A DNA stretch of 64,000 nt from Candidatus Poriferihabitaceae bacterium (GCA_965243285.1 OZ251537.1:1161019-1225018); one strand, 5' to 3'; numbered from the stretch's first letter, positions 19,535 through 29,784 are shown. Program-made: numbers and translations. Notes: generated by a model not told the origin, from the letters alone.

Positions 19535-21730
19535 ATGTCTATAACCGAAAGCGAATCTGTTGTTGCAATTGATATTCAGTTAACCGCTTGCGGGTGGCAA
19601 TTAGACCCTCGCCAGCTTGATCGCAACGTTTTCAAACAAAGGGCGCGCACTGCCGAGCAAAATAAAGCACTCGGTGGCAAGCACCCAGACTATGTGCTTT
19701 ATGCTTATAACGAATCAAATAAACCTACGCTGGTTATTGAAGCCAAAAAACCCGGCAAATCAATGTCGGAAGCGCTGAAGCAGGGGATTAATCGATACGC
19801 TAAGAAAATTAATGCGCCTATTGTAATCGCATCAGATGGGTGGCGTGTCAAAACTTGGCATATAGGGCGTAGGGAACCGTTATTTATTGATGGCCGTGAA
19901 GTGGATGAATTGTTCAGCCCTGAGATGACAAAGGAATTTGTCAAAAATAATAATTTCAGCAGCCTCTCCGAGGATGTGGCATTAGATCAATATGCACTAA
20001 TCGCCAAATTCAAAAAAGCCAATAGCATATTAAAAACCGAGGGACTTTCCGCTGGTATAGAAAGATTCTCGGAATTTGCAAATTTGATGTTCTTAAAACT
20101 CCTAATTGAGGGGGGGGCGGATATTGCGGGATTTTCATGGGCGGATATTGAGGCTAAACAAGGTGTAACTCTGACAAATGCGATAAAAACCATGTTCAGG
20201 GAATTGCGCCGGGAATATTGCAACTTGTTTGAACAGACGAAGGTGCAAAACCCCAAAAATATGGAGCGATTAATTGAACTGCTTTCCTTCCGCCTATCCT
20301 CAGTTAAGCACGACATCAAAGGCCTTGCTTTTGAGCATTTTATACATTCATACACAAGAGGAACAAAAAATGATTTGGGGCAGTATTTCACCCCGCGTCA
20401 CATTGTCAGGATGATGGTGCATTTTTTGAGACCTCAAATCGGTGAAAAAATCTACGACCCCTTCTGTGGCACCGGGGGGATGTTGATTGAATGTTTTCGA
20501 TATATTAGTCAACATATAGAAAGTGATGACGATAAGAAAATACTTAAAGAAAAGACCGTGTTCGGCCGGGACAATTCAAGCGTGGCGAGAATCGCCATGA
20601 TGAACATGATTATGTTCGGCGACGGGCATTCCAATATCACTCAAGGCAACTCGTACGCCATGCTTGGCGAAGCCAAACGCAAATACGATATTGTTATCAC
20701 CAACATTCCATTCTCACAAGAGACAGATTGTTACGAAGGTTACCCGGTGATGCCGTCTGGCGTTAAAAATGGCGACAGCATCGGGGTTCAACATAGTCTT
20801 GAAAGTTTAAAGGATACAAAATCCGCGCGAGCCGCTATCATTGTTCCCATCGGCTTTCTCTATAAGGAACAACTGGCGCAAGAGCGCAAACACATTTTTA
20901 AACACTGGACAATAGAAAGGATTGTGGAATTATCCCCAAAATGTTTCCAGCCCTATACAGAACAACAAACAGCGGCGCTGGTGATTAGCCGGAAAAAACC
21001 CATTGCCGTCTACCCCTACTACCGCGTGAAAAACGATGGATATAGCCAAGATGGATACCGCGTCGCCTTGCCCGGGGAGAACGATATAGACAAAGCAATG
21101 GATGATATTGGCGCAACAGAAAAGCCTATTGCAAACGACTATCCCTCGCCATTTAAAACCATCAATTTATTGATTCGGAAAAACGAATTCAGGCTTGGCG
21201 ACATCGCAAAGATCACAAGCGGGGCGGGGAATATATCTCCGAAAACCAAAATCATCGATGTGATTGGCGGTGTCCACTCAATTCTAATGGTTGCCGATCT
21301 CGCCAAAGCCCACATCGATTACTGCCTGGATGAAAGTATCTACAAACTAACAGAGCGCGCAGTCAGAGATAAAAAACCGTATCTATTTAAGGAAAATACG
21401 ACCATCATTCCAGTGACCGGCAAGGCATCGCTAAAAAATCACCGAGCGTTATTGGGGGCTCCCGCATACGCCACCAGCACCCTTGCCGGTATTGAGGTGG
21501 ATGAAAACAGCATGCATCCTTTCTGCATTTTTAATTTCTTTCTCAACTTTGATATTGAACGAGTGACTTATGACTTGGGCTACCCTGGCATAAGTGTCCG
21601 CATGCTTATGGAAATTGGCATCACCAATTACACTGACAAACAAACGAAAGACATCATCCATCGCGTGGGTTATGTCGTACAATTAAGCAAGGAATTAAAA
21701 ATCAAACGCAGAGAAATAGAATTAGGTTAA
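19535..21730 (+). CDS. Single-chain restriction-modification-specificity enzyme (Type IIG-like: PD-ExK nuclease + HsdM-like N6A methylase + HsdS-like TRD)
   Basis: N-terminal HPDYVLY...LVIEAKK (D..ExK). Middle GQYFTPRHIV, DPFCGTGGML (motif I) and ITNIPFS (NPPF variant). C-terminal FRLGDIAKITSG... TRD. Starts 1 nt after the methylase stop. AT-rich. Confidence 0.8.
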   Translation: MSITESESVVAIDIQLTACGWQLDPRQLDRNVFKQRARTAEQNKALGGKHPDYVLYAYNESNKPTLVIEAKKPGKSMSEALKQGINRYAKKINAPIVIASDGWRVKTWHIGRREPLFIDGREVDELFSPEMTKEFVKNNNFSSLSEDVALDQYALIAKFKKANSILKTEGLSAGIERFSEFANLMFLKLLIEGGADIAGFSWADIEAKQGVTLTNAIKTMFRELRREYCNLFEQTKVQNPKNMERLIELLSFRLSSVKHDIKGLAFEHFIHSYTRGTKNDLGQYFTPRHIVRMMVHFLRPQIGEKIYDPFCGTGGMLIECFRYISQHIESDDDKKILKEKTVFGRDNSSVARIAMMNMIMFGDGHSNITQGNSYAMLGEAKRKYDIVITNIPFSQETDCYEGYPVMPSGVKNGDSIGVQHSLESLKDTKSARAAIIVPIGFLYKEQLAQERKHIFKHWTIERIVELSPKCFQPYTEQQTAALVISRKKPIAVYPYYRVKNDGYSQDGYRVALPGENDIDKAMDDIGATEKPIANDYPSPFKTINLLIRKNEFRLGDIAKITSGAGNISPKTKIIDVIGGVHSILMVADLAKAHIDYCLDESIYKLTERAVRDKKPYLFKENTTIIPVTGKASLKNHRALLGAPAYATSTLAGIEVDENSMHPFCIFNFFLNFDIERVTYDLGYPGISVRMLMEIGITNYTDKQTKDIIHRVGYVVQLSKELKIKRREIELG

Positions 21731-21737
21731 TTCCAAT

Positions 21738-22268
21738 ATGCCGTTTGATGCTCGACAATCTCTAACTTACTTTGCCATGTTTACCATTCAATCACCACCG
21801 CATCTTTCCACCGCCGCGCTAGTCGAAATCGAGCGCGAGGCCGCCAAATACCCGCCGCAGCAGCGGCAGTCGGCGTTGTTAGCGGCGTTGCGCATCGCCC
21901 AAGATGAGCATGGTTGGCTGAGCGGCGCGTTGCTCGAATTGGTGACCGACATCATCGGCGTGCCGGCGGTGCGCGCTTACGAGGTGGCCACTTTTTATTC
22001 GATGTACGACACCAAGCCGGTGGGCAAGCACAAAATCTGCGTGTGCACCAATATCTCTTGCATGCTGCGCGGTTGCGATGAAATCGTCGACCACTTGCGA
22101 AAAAAACTCGGCGTTGAATTCGGCGAGAGCACCGCCGACGGCAAATTCACCCTCAAGGAAGTGGAGTGTCTGGCGGCCTGCGCCGGGGCGCCGATGATGC
22201 AAGTGGACCGCGATTATTTCGAGAACCTAACCCCGCGCCGCGTCGATGAAATTTTGGACGCGCTGTAA
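21738..22268 (+). CDS. nuoE: NADH-quinone oxidoreductase subunit E
   Basis: KYPPQQRQSALLAALRIAQDEHGWLS and the 2Fe-2S cysteines (CTNISCMLRGC...ECLAACAGAPMM). An alternative start at ATG 21777 is equally plausible. Confidence 0.9.
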   Translation: MPFDARQSLTYFAMFTIQSPPHLSTAALVEIEREAAKYPPQQRQSALLAALRIAQDEHGWLSGALLELVTDIIGVPAVRAYEVATFYSMYDTKPVGKHKICVCTNISCMLRGCDEIVDHLRKKLGVEFGESTADGKFTLKEVECLAACAGAPMMQVDRDYFENLTPRRVDEILDAL

Positions 22269-22356
22269 TGCCGAGCACGATCACATCGGCTGAGCAAATC
22301 GGCTATCACATCACCGAACAAACCGTCGACCAAACCCGAGCGCCATCGCACCGCAC

Positions 22357-23649
22357 ATGAGTGACCCCGCCCTCGCCACCTTGCGCGCCTGTCGCGATGT
22401 GTGCCTGCCCAGCGCGCACGATAACTGCTGGACTTTGGCCGCCTATCGCCGCGCCGGCGGCTACCAGGCACTCGAGAAAATATTGCGCGACGGCGTACAC
22501 CCAGCGGTCATCATCGATACCCTGAAAATTTCCAATCTACGCGGACGCGGCGGCGCCGGTTTCCCGCCGGGCATCAAATGGCGCTTCATGCCGCGCGCCG
22601 CGCCGGGGCAAAAATACCTGGTATGCAACTCCGACGAAGGCGAGCCCGGCACCTGCAAAGACCGCGACATTCTGCGCTACAACCCGCACGCCCTCATCGA
22701 GGGCATGGTCATCGGCGGCTATGCCATGGGCGCCACGGTCGGTTATAACTACATCCGCGGCGAATTCTGGGAGCCTTATCAGCGCATGGAAGCCGCCTTG
22801 GCGGAAGCCCGCGCGGCCGGTTTATTGGGCGAAAACTTATTCGATTCCGGGTTTGATTTTGAGTTGCACAACCACTTAGGCGCCGGCGCCTACATCTGCG
22901 GCGAAGAAACCGCCTTGTTAGAATCCCTCGAGGGCAAAAAGGGGCTGCCGCGCTTCAAACCGCCGTTCCCCGCGGCCTTTGGCTTATACGGCAAGCCGAC
23001 CACCATCAACAACACCGAAACCTTCGCCTCGGTGCCGGCCATCATGCGCGGCGACGGGCAGTGGATGAAGGGCGAATGGTTCCGCGGCCTCGGCGTGGAA
23101 AATGCCGGCGGCGTAAAAATCTTCTCGGTCACCGGCCATGTGGAAAAACCCGGCAACTACGAGATCAACATGGGCACGCCGTTTAGCGAATTATTAAGCA
23201 TGGCCGGCGGCGTATGGAAAGGGCGGCGCTTAAAGGCGGTGATTCCCGGCGGTTCGTCGGTGCCGGTGCTACCGGCCGACATCATCATGGCCGCCACCAT
23301 GGATTACGACTCGCTGTCAAAACTCGGCTCGGCGGTGGGCGCCGGCTCGGTCATCGTCATGGACGAAACTACCGATATGCCGGCGGTGTTAGAGCGCCTG
23401 GCGTACTTTTATTTCGAGGAATCATGCGGCCAATGCACGCCGTGCCGCGAAGGCACCGGCTGGCTATACCGCATTTTGCGGCGGGTAAATGCCGGCGATG
23501 CCACCGCCAAAGATTTAGACACCTTGTTGCAAGTCGCCAACCGCATCGAAGGCCGCACCATCTGCGCCTTAGGCGACGCCGCCGCCTGGCCGGTGCAGAG
23601 TTTTCTCAAGCATTTTCGACCTGAGTTTGAAGCCAAAATAAAATCATGA
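22357..23649 (+). CDS. nuoF: NADH-quinone oxidoreductase subunit F
   Basis: [27 protein letters not shown] and [12 protein letters not shown] motifs. Confidence 0.95.
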   Translation: MSDPALATLRACRDVCLPSAHDNCWTLAAYRRAGGYQALEKILRDGVHPAVIIDTLKISNLRGRGGAGFPPGIKWRFMPRAAPGQKYLVCNSDEGEPGTCKDRDILRYNPHALIEGMVIGGYAMGATVGYNYIRGEFWEPYQRMEAALAEARAAGLLGENLFDSGFDFELHNHLGAGAYICGEETALLESLEGKKGLPRFKPPFPAAFGLYGKPTTINNTETFASVPAIMRGDGQWMKGEWFRGLGVENAGGVKIFSVTGHVEKPGNYEINMGTPFSELLSMAGGVWKGRRLKAVIPGGSSVPVLPADIIMAATMDYDSLSKLGSAVGAGSVIVMDETTDMPAVLERLAYFYFEESCGQCTPCREGTGWLYRILRRVNAGDATAKDLDTLLQVANRIEGRTICALGDAAAWPVQSFLKHFRPEFEAKIKS

Positions 23650-23777
23650 TCGCCGCTATCAAACGCAACAACGAATTTTCGATTCTACGCGCATGGTTAT
23701 CTAATTTCAGCGTCGGGTTGGTGTTGTTAGGGTTTGCCGTGTTTCTATTCACCATCTCTACGAGGTTTCCAAAATGA
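23646..23777 (+). CDS. Hypothetical 43-aa single-TM peptide (not in the ORF track)
   Basis: ATG overlaps the nuoF stop (ATGA). Translation is [43 protein letters not shown]. Its stop overlaps the next ATG (ATGA). Confidence 0.35.
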   Translation: MIAAIKRNNEFSILRAWLSNFSVGLVLLGFAVFLFTISTRFPK

Positions 23778-23962
23778 ACAATTTTATCGACCAATTTATT
23801 GAAGGGGCGACCACGCCGCATGTCATCGTGGTGTTTGTGATTTCGGCTGTTTTATGTACCCTTTATATGCTTATATCCGAAGGCCCCGCGGCCCATGAAA
23901 AACGCCTGCGAGAGGAGAAAGAACGCGAAGACGAAGCCAAACCATCTGCGCATATTTCGTAA
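23774..23962 (+). CDS. Hypothetical 62-aa single-TM protein with charged tail
   Basis: One hydrophobic helix (HVIVVFVISAVLCTLYMLI), then EKRLREEKEREDEAK. Coupled to the preceding mini-ORF. Confidence 0.4.
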   Translation: MNNFIDQFIEGATTPHVIVVFVISAVLCTLYMLISEGPAAHEKRLREEKEREDEAKPSAHIS

Positions 23963-24098
23963 CCGGATGTTACTATGAAAGTCGATGATTTAAAAATTAA
24001 ACACGCTATTCAACTGTAATGTTGAAGTGCAGTGAGATGATTTTTTCACAAATTTATTGAGGGCTTTTCAAGCCCGGTTTTCAAACACTGATTCTCAC

Positions 24099-24248
24099 AT
24101 GCCAGATGATATCGAACTAAAAAAATACTTTAATGAAACCATGTTGAAAAATAATAAATCTTACGCTGGGGCATTGTTTGGAAAAGCCAAAGACATTTTA
24201 GCGATGAATAAACCGATGAAAAACCTGTCAAGTAATCCGCTCAAATAA
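24099..24248 (+). CDS. Hypothetical 49-aa hydrophilic peptide
   Basis: ATG-initiated part of ORF 24057-24248. Very AT-rich with no recognisable motif. Weak call. Confidence 0.2.
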   Translation: MPDDIELKKYFNETMLKNNKSYAGALFGKAKDILAMNKPMKNLSSNPLK

Positions 24249-24271
24249 ACGACGGTACTTTTTAAACCACC

Positions 24272-27070
24272 ATGACTTCCCTCAGCCTCGAAATAGACGG
24301 ATGCCACATTCCGGCCGAGGCCGGGGAGATGTTAATCGCGGCCACTGACCGCGCCGCGATCTATATTCCGCGGTTTTGTTATCACCCGGCGCTATCCATC
24401 GCGGCTAATTGCCGTATGTGTTTGGTGGAGGTGGAGGGCGCGCCTAAGCCGTTGCCGGCTTGTGCTACGCCGGTGGTCGCTGGCATGAAAGTGTTCACGC
24501 GCTCGGCACAGGCGCGCGAGGCGCAGCGCGGCACTCTCGAATTTTTGCTCATCAACCACCCGCTGGACTGCCCGGTGTGCGACCAAGGCGGCGAGTGCCC
24601 GTTGCAAGACCAAGCCATGGAATACGGCAGCGATGATTCGCGCTTTGGCGAGCGCAAGCGCGCCGTCGCCAGCCATGACATCGGGCCGCTGGTGGCCACC
24701 GAAATGACGCGCTGCATCCACTGCACGCGATGCGTGCGCTTTGGCGAGGAAATCGCCGGGGTGATGGAAATGGGCATGCCAGGGCGCGGAGAACACGCCC
24801 ACATCGGCACCTTTCTCAACCGCTCGGTGGATTCGGAAGTCTCCGGCAACATGATCGACCTGTGTCCGGTGGGGGCGCTGACCTCGAAGCCCTATCGTTT
24901 TGCGGCGCGCACTTGGGAGCTGCGCGACCATCGCGGCATTAGCCCGCATGATTGCGTCGGCGCCAACCTCAAAATCCAAACCTTGCGCGGGCAGGTCGAG
25001 CGCGTGTTGCCGCGCGAGCGCCCCGAGGTGAATCAATGCTGGTTAGCGGATCGCGAGCGCTATAGTTACCAAGCGGTCAACAGCGCGCAGCGCCTCAGCG
25101 CGCCCATGCTGAAAGACCGCGAACACTGGCGGCCGGCCGCGTGGGAGGAGGCATTGCGCTACGCCTGCGACGGCATCGGGCGCATCGTCGAGCACAGTGG
25201 CGGTGAGCAGTTCGCGGCGCTGGCGGGGCCGGCCGCCACCTTGCAGGAATACTACCTGCTGGCGAAATTGACGCGCGCCTTGGGCAGCCATCATGTCGAC
25301 CATCGCGCTACGCAACAAGATTTTCGCGATGATCGGTGGGCGGCGAGTTTTCCGGCCTCGGAATTGCCCATCGACCACTTCGGCAACCTCAAAGCGGCCT
25401 TGCTGCTTGGCGCCAACATCCGCAAGGAGCAGCCGTTGTTAGCGCTGCGATTACGCGCTGCGGTGCATGCCGCCGGCGGCGTTTATGCGCGCGGCGACCA
25501 GCCGGCAGCCCGCATCAGCAGCGTAAACCCCCTCGCCTATCCGCAAAATTTCACCCAGCAAAACGCCCTGGCAGTGGGCGCTGATTTGCCGGCCGCCTTG
25601 GCCGCCGTGGCCGCGGCCATCGCGCGCCTGGCTGAGGTCGACCTGCCGGACGACATCGCGCAGTGGGTCGAGGTCGAGAATCCCGCCAATTCGGCCGCCA
25701 ATTCCGCCCAAAAAGCCGCGCCGACCGGAAATCCCGCCGCTAATCTGGTTGCAGATTCCCTCGCAAATTCGGCCGATAAATCCGCCAAAAATATCGCCGC
25801 GCCGGCCGAAAATGCTGTCGATAAATCCACCCAAAATTCCGCCGGAAATGATGAAATTTCCACCACCGCCGACCACGCCATCGCCACCGCTGCCATAGCG
25901 CAAGATTTATGGACCGCGCGCGCCGATGGCGTGCTGATTCTCGGCGCCATCGCGCAGCAACATGCGGAGGCCAGCGTCATCAAAACCATGGCGCGGTGGA
26001 TTTGCCGCATCACCGACAGCCGCTTAGCGATTTTGCCGCCCGGCAACGGCGCCGCGGCCTGGCTGGCCGGCTGCGTGCCGCATCGCGCCGCCGGCGGTCG
26101 CGCCGCCCAACTGCCGGCGGCGCAATGCGGCCTCGATGCGGCCGCCATGTTCGCGCAGCCGCGCCGCGCCTACCTGTTGTTGGGCAGCGATCCGGCCTTA
26201 GACAGCACCGACGGCCAGCGCGCCAGCGAGGCCTTAGCCGGCGCCGATTTCGTAGTCTGCATCACCGCCTATAAAGATGATGATGCGGCGCGCTATGCCG
26301 ATGTATTGTTGCCCATGGCAGCGTTCACCGAAACCGCCGGCGACTTCGTCAATTGCGAAGGTCGGCTGCAGCACGCCGAGGCCGCCGCGGTGCCGTTGGG
26401 CGAGGCCCGCCCGGCGTGGAAAATTCTGCGGGTGCTGGCGAATTTCCTCGACCGGCCGGGTTTCGAGCAAGTATCTCTTGCTCAAGTGAGCGCGGAAATC
26501 GAACGCGCTGGGGTGCGCCCGGCGCGGCTGCAATCCCAGGTGACTCAGTCCCAGGCCTTCCACTCCGAAGCCGGCGATGCCGACGGCGCGCATGCCGGCG
26601 CGGCGGCGCTCGATGCGAAAATCCCCCCGCCGCGCCCCGCATCTACCGTCGGCCACGCCACGCGCTTGCTCGATATGCCCATGTATCGCGGCGACCAAAC
26701 CGTGCGCCACGCGGCCGCCCTGCAGCGCACCGCCGACTGCCCGCCGCCGGCGGCGCACATGAGCCGCGCCACTATCGACCGCCTCGGCCTGCGCGCCGGC
26801 GCGCCGGTGGTGGTGCGCCAAACGGCCATCCCAGACCGTCATGTTCGCCTGCCGTTGCGCGTCGATGAGCGCGTGCCGCAGGGCAGCGTCTATGTGCCGG
26901 CGGGGTTTGCGCGCACCGCGCCCCTCGGCGGCGGCGGCCGCGTCACGGTGACGGCGGCGCAGACTTCCGAACCCGAGGACGGCGACGCCCCGCTGGCGGA
27001 CATCACCGTCGCCAAAAACGCCGCCACCAAACGCCATCCACAGCGCCCGGTCGCGGCGAAAACAACATAA
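24272..27070 (+). CDS. nuoG: NADH-quinone oxidoreductase subunit G
   Basis: N-terminal 2Fe-2S/4Fe-4S cysteine clusters (CRMCLVEV, HPLDCPVCDQGGEC, CIHCTRCVRF, CPVGAL). Contains a long low-complexity insertion. Confidence 0.95.
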   Translation: MTSLSLEIDGCHIPAEAGEMLIAATDRAAIYIPRFCYHPALSIAANCRMCLVEVEGAPKPLPACATPVVAGMKVFTRSAQAREAQRGTLEFLLINHPLDCPVCDQGGECPLQDQAMEYGSDDSRFGERKRAVASHDIGPLVATEMTRCIHCTRCVRFGEEIAGVMEMGMPGRGEHAHIGTFLNRSVDSEVSGNMIDLCPVGALTSKPYRFAARTWELRDHRGISPHDCVGANLKIQTLRGQVERVLPRERPEVNQCWLADRERYSYQAVNSAQRLSAPMLKDREHWRPAAWEEALRYACDGIGRIVEHSGGEQFAALAGPAATLQEYYLLAKLTRALGSHHVDHRATQQDFRDDRWAASFPASELPIDHFGNLKAALLLGANIRKEQPLLALRLRAAVHAAGGVYARGDQPAARISSVNPLAYPQNFTQQNALAVGADLPAALAAVAAAIARLAEVDLPDDIAQWVEVENPANSAANSAQKAAPTGNPAANLVADSLANSADKSAKNIAAPAENAVDKSTQNSAGNDEISTTADHAIATAAIAQDLWTARADGVLILGAIAQQHAEASVIKTMARWICRITDSRLAILPPGNGAAAWLAGCVPHRAAGGRAAQLPAAQCGLDAAAMFAQPRRAYLLLGSDPALDSTDGQRASEALAGADFVVCITAYKDDDAARYADVLLPMAAFTETAGDFVNCEGRLQHAEAAAVPLGEARPAWKILRVLANFLDRPGFEQVSLAQVSAEIERAGVRPARLQSQVTQSQAFHSEAGDADGAHAGAAALDAKIPPPRPASTVGHATRLLDMPMYRGDQTVRHAAALQRTADCPPPAAHMSRATIDRLGLRAGAPVVVRQTAIPDRHVRLPLRVDERVPQGSVYVPAGFARTAPLGGGGRVTVTAAQTSEPEDGDAPLADITVAKNAATKRHPQRPVAAKTT

Positions 27071-27106
27071 TCCACACCACATGAGCGACAGCATGATCGA
27101 CGCCGC

Positions 27107-28156
27107 ATGATCGAAACCTTGTTTTTCAACCTCACCGCGTGGCTGCCGCACAACGCGCAAATCGCGCTGTGGACGCTGGCCAAAATCGCCGCCATTTTGG
27201 CGCCGCTCATGCTGTGCGTGGCCTATTTCACCTTCGCCGAGCGCAAGTTGATCGGCTATATGCAAATCCGCGTCGGCCCCAATCGCGTCGGCCCCCGGGG
27301 TTGGCTGCAGCCCATCGCCGACGCCCTCAAACTGATGATGAAGGAGATCATCATCCCCCATCGCGCCAACAAAATCTTGTTTTTGATGGCGCCGCCGCTG
27401 GCGCTGGCCCCGGCGTTAGCGGCGTGGGCCGTGGTGCCGTTCAGCGATTCATTAGTACTGGCGGACATCGACGCCAGCCTGCTGTATGTGTTGGCGCTCA
27501 CTTCCATGGGGGTATACGGGGTTATCGTCGCCGGCTGGGCGTCGAATTCCAAATACGCGTTTTTGGGCGCCATGCGCTCGGCGGCGCAGATAGTGGCGTA
27601 TGAAATCGCCATGGGGTTCGCCTTGGTGGGCGTGCTGATGGTGGCCGGCAGTTTGAATTTGCGCGACATCGTGTTGAGCCAATCCGGCAATTTGCTGCAC
27701 TGGCACTGGCTGCCGTTGCTGCCGTTATTTTTGGTTTATTTCATCTCCGGCGTAGCGGAAACCAATCGCTCGCCGTTCGATGTCGCCGAGGGCGAATCGG
27801 AAATCGTCGCCGGTTTTCATGTGGAATATTCCGGCATGGCCTTTGCGGTCTTCTTTTTGGCCGAATACGCCAACATGCTGTTGATCGCGGCGCTTACGGT
27901 ATTGCTGTTCCTCGGCGGCTGGCTGCCACCGTTCGAGACCGTGTATTTCACTTGGGTTCCGCCGGTGATGTGGTTCGGCCTCAAAACCTCGCTGGTGGCG
28001 TTTTTCTTTCTGTGGTTTCGCGCCACCTTTCCGCGCTATCGCTATGACCAAATCATGCGCCTCGGCTGGAAGGTGCTGATTCCCATCACCTTGGTGTGGA
28101 TAGTGGTCATCGGCATTGCTAAATTTCATACCCCATTCGGCGGCTTTTTTTCGTGA
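27107..28156 (+). CDS. nuoH: NADH-quinone oxidoreductase subunit H
   Basis: [23 protein letters not shown]...[26 protein letters not shown]. Confidence 0.95.
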   Translation: MIETLFFNLTAWLPHNAQIALWTLAKIAAILAPLMLCVAYFTFAERKLIGYMQIRVGPNRVGPRGWLQPIADALKLMMKEIIIPHRANKILFLMAPPLALAPALAAWAVVPFSDSLVLADIDASLLYVLALTSMGVYGVIVAGWASNSKYAFLGAMRSAAQIVAYEIAMGFALVGVLMVAGSLNLRDIVLSQSGNLLHWHWLPLLPLFLVYFISGVAETNRSPFDVAEGESEIVAGFHVEYSGMAFAVFFLAEYANMLLIAALTVLLFLGGWLPPFETVYFTWVPPVMWFGLKTSLVAFFFLWFRATFPRYRYDQIMRLGWKVLIPITLVWIVVIGIAKFHTPFGGFFS

Positions 28157-28161
28157 CTTAC

Positions 28162-28245
28162 GAGGCTGATTTTGAGGCCGATTTTGGTGCCGATTTTGGT
28201 GCCGATTTTGATGATGGGTTTGAGGCCGATTTTGGTAATTCTGTT
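28162..28245. repeat. Seven tandem 12-nt units (consensus GRKGCCGATTTT) in the nuoH-nuoI spacer
   Basis: gaggctgatttt gaggccgatttt ggtgccgatttt ggtgccgatttt gatgatgggttt gaggccgatttt ggtaattctgtt. Confidence 0.9.
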
Positions 28246-28273
28246 GCGCGACTAATTTTTTAGGAACCCCCTC

Positions 28274-28765
28274 ATGTACATAGACTTCAAACAACTCTAC
28301 AAAACCTTCACCCTCAAGGAATTGCGGCGCGGCATGTGGCTCACCGGGCGGCGGCTATTCAGCCGCAAAATCACCCTCATGTACCCACTGGAAAAAACGC
28401 CGAAATCGCCGCGCTTCCGCGGCCTGCACGCCTTGCGCCGCTACGCCAACGGCGAGGAACGCTGCATCGCGTGCAAATTGTGCGAGGCGGTCTGCCCGGC
28501 GCTCGCCATCACCATCGACTCCGAAGAACGCGCCGACGGCACGCGCCGCACCACGCGCTACGACATCGACTTGTTCAAGTGTGTGTATTGCGGTTTCTGC
28601 GAGGAAGCCTGCCCGGTGGATGCCATCGTCATGACCGACATCCACGAATTCCACATGGATGAAAATCATCAACGCATCATCGACAAATCGCGCCTGCTCG
28701 CCATCGGCGATAAATACGAACCGCAAATCGCCGCGGCGCGCCAGCAAGACGCGCCTTATCGCTGA
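28274..28765 (+). CDS. nuoI: NADH-quinone oxidoreductase subunit I
   Basis: Two 4Fe-4S motifs: [12 protein letters not shown] and [12 protein letters not shown]. Confidence 0.95.
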   Translation: MYIDFKQLYKTFTLKELRRGMWLTGRRLFSRKITLMYPLEKTPKSPRFRGLHALRRYANGEERCIACKLCEAVCPALAITIDSEERADGTRRTTRYDIDLFKCVYCGFCEEACPVDAIVMTDIHEFHMDENHQRIIDKSRLLAIGDKYEPQIAAARQQDAPYR

Positions 28766-29784
28766 TGGCGATCGCCACGGCCGCCTGCGCGTCGCGCCCG
28801 ACTCAAAGCAAAGCGAGAGCGCCGCGCAACCGCACCTTGCATTGCGACGCAGCGGAGGCCGCAGCACTCGGCGCGCGCCTCACTACGCTGACGGCGCCGG
28901 TCGGCAGCCATGCCATCGACGCCATCGACGGCAAAATTATTCATCAAGATATTTTCGCCGCGGCGCAGTATTTGCCGGCCGCGTTCGTCGATTTGTTGAT
29001 TATCGACCCGCCGTATAACTTAACCAAAAATTACCACGGGCAACGGTTTTTGGAGAAAGAAAAACCCGAGTATGCCGCGTGGTTCGAAAGCATGCTGCGC
29101 TCGGTGATGCACACCCTAAAGCCCAACGCGTCGTTGTATGTGTGCGCCGATTGGCGAACATCCATTATCATCGCGCCGCTGCTGGAAAAATATTTCCAAG
29201 TAAAAAATCGCATCACCTGGGAACGCGAAAAAGGCCGCGGCGCCAAACTCAACTGGAAAAATAATTTAGAAGACATTTGGTTTTGCGTAACCGGCAACGC
29301 GTATTTTTTCAATGTGGATGCGGTTAAACTCAAAAGAAAAGTGCTGGCTCCTTATCGCCACAACGGCTTGCCCAAAGATTGGCGCATCGAGCGCGATGGC
29401 AACTATCGCTTGACCCATCCGTCCAATATTTGGACCGACATCTCCATTCCGTTCTGGTCGATGCCGGAAAACACCGACCACCCAACGCAAAAGCCGGAGA
29501 AATTGTTAGCTAAATTAATCTTAGCCAGCAGCCGGCCGGGAGATATGGTGTTCGACCCCTTCGCCGGCAGCGGCAGCACCGCCGTGACCGCGAAAAAATT
29601 ACGCCGCCGCTTTGTGTGCGTGGAACTCAACCGCGAATATTGCTGCTGGGGACAGAAGCGTTTGCAACAAACCTCGCCGGATGACCCCATACAAGGCTAC
29701 GCCAATAATGTGTTTTTGGAGAGGAACACGGCGCACAACCTCAAACATAAAAGCGCCGCATCCACGCAAAAAAAATTGTTATGA
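28765..29784 (+). CDS. Beta-class (N6A/N4C) DNA methyltransferase, cassette 2
   Basis: IIDPPYN, HPTQKP, DPFAGSGST. The only in-frame ATG shares its A with the nuoI TGA (TGATG). Confidence 0.85.
   Translation: MAIATAACASRPTQSKARAPRNRTLHCDAAEAAALGARLTTLTAPVGSHAIDAIDGKIIHQDIFAAAQYLPAAFVDLLIIDPPYNLTKNYHGQRFLEKEKPEYAAWFESMLRSVMHTLKPNASLYVCADWRTSIIIAPLLEKYFQVKNRITWEREKGRGAKLNWKNNLEDIWFCVTGNAYFFNVDAVKLKRKVLAPYRHNGLPKDWRIERDGNYRLTHPSNIWTDISIPFWSMPENTDHPTQKPEKLLAKLILASSRPGDMVFDPFAGSGSTAVTAKKLRRRFVCVELNREYCCWGQKRLQQTSPDDPIQGYANNVFLERNTAHNLKHKSAASTQKKLL

Noticed and set aside
26234-27361. Long antisense or alternate-frame ORFs in GC-rich genes (also 24392-25036, 41693-42757, 49832-50620, 915-1454, 13407-13988 and the many Arg/Gly-rich ORFs opposite the adhesins)
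   Set aside because: These are typical shadow ORFs of high-GC coding DNA, with Arg/Gly/Pro/Ala-rich low-information translations. Each overlaps a gene with clear family motifs.
28162-28245. CRISPR-array interpretation of the dodecamer arrays and of the repeated two-hairpin modules
   Set aside because: The 12-nt units are contiguous with no spacers. The ~65-nt modules are few, lie in inverted orientation and are separated by microsatellites rather than unique equal-length spacers. No cas genes are present.
27725-28294. 189-aa minus-strand ORF spanning the nuoH 3' end and the dodecamer spacer
   Set aside because: It is antisense to a well-supported nuoH, and its HQNRHQNRHQNR segment is just the 12-nt repeat translated.
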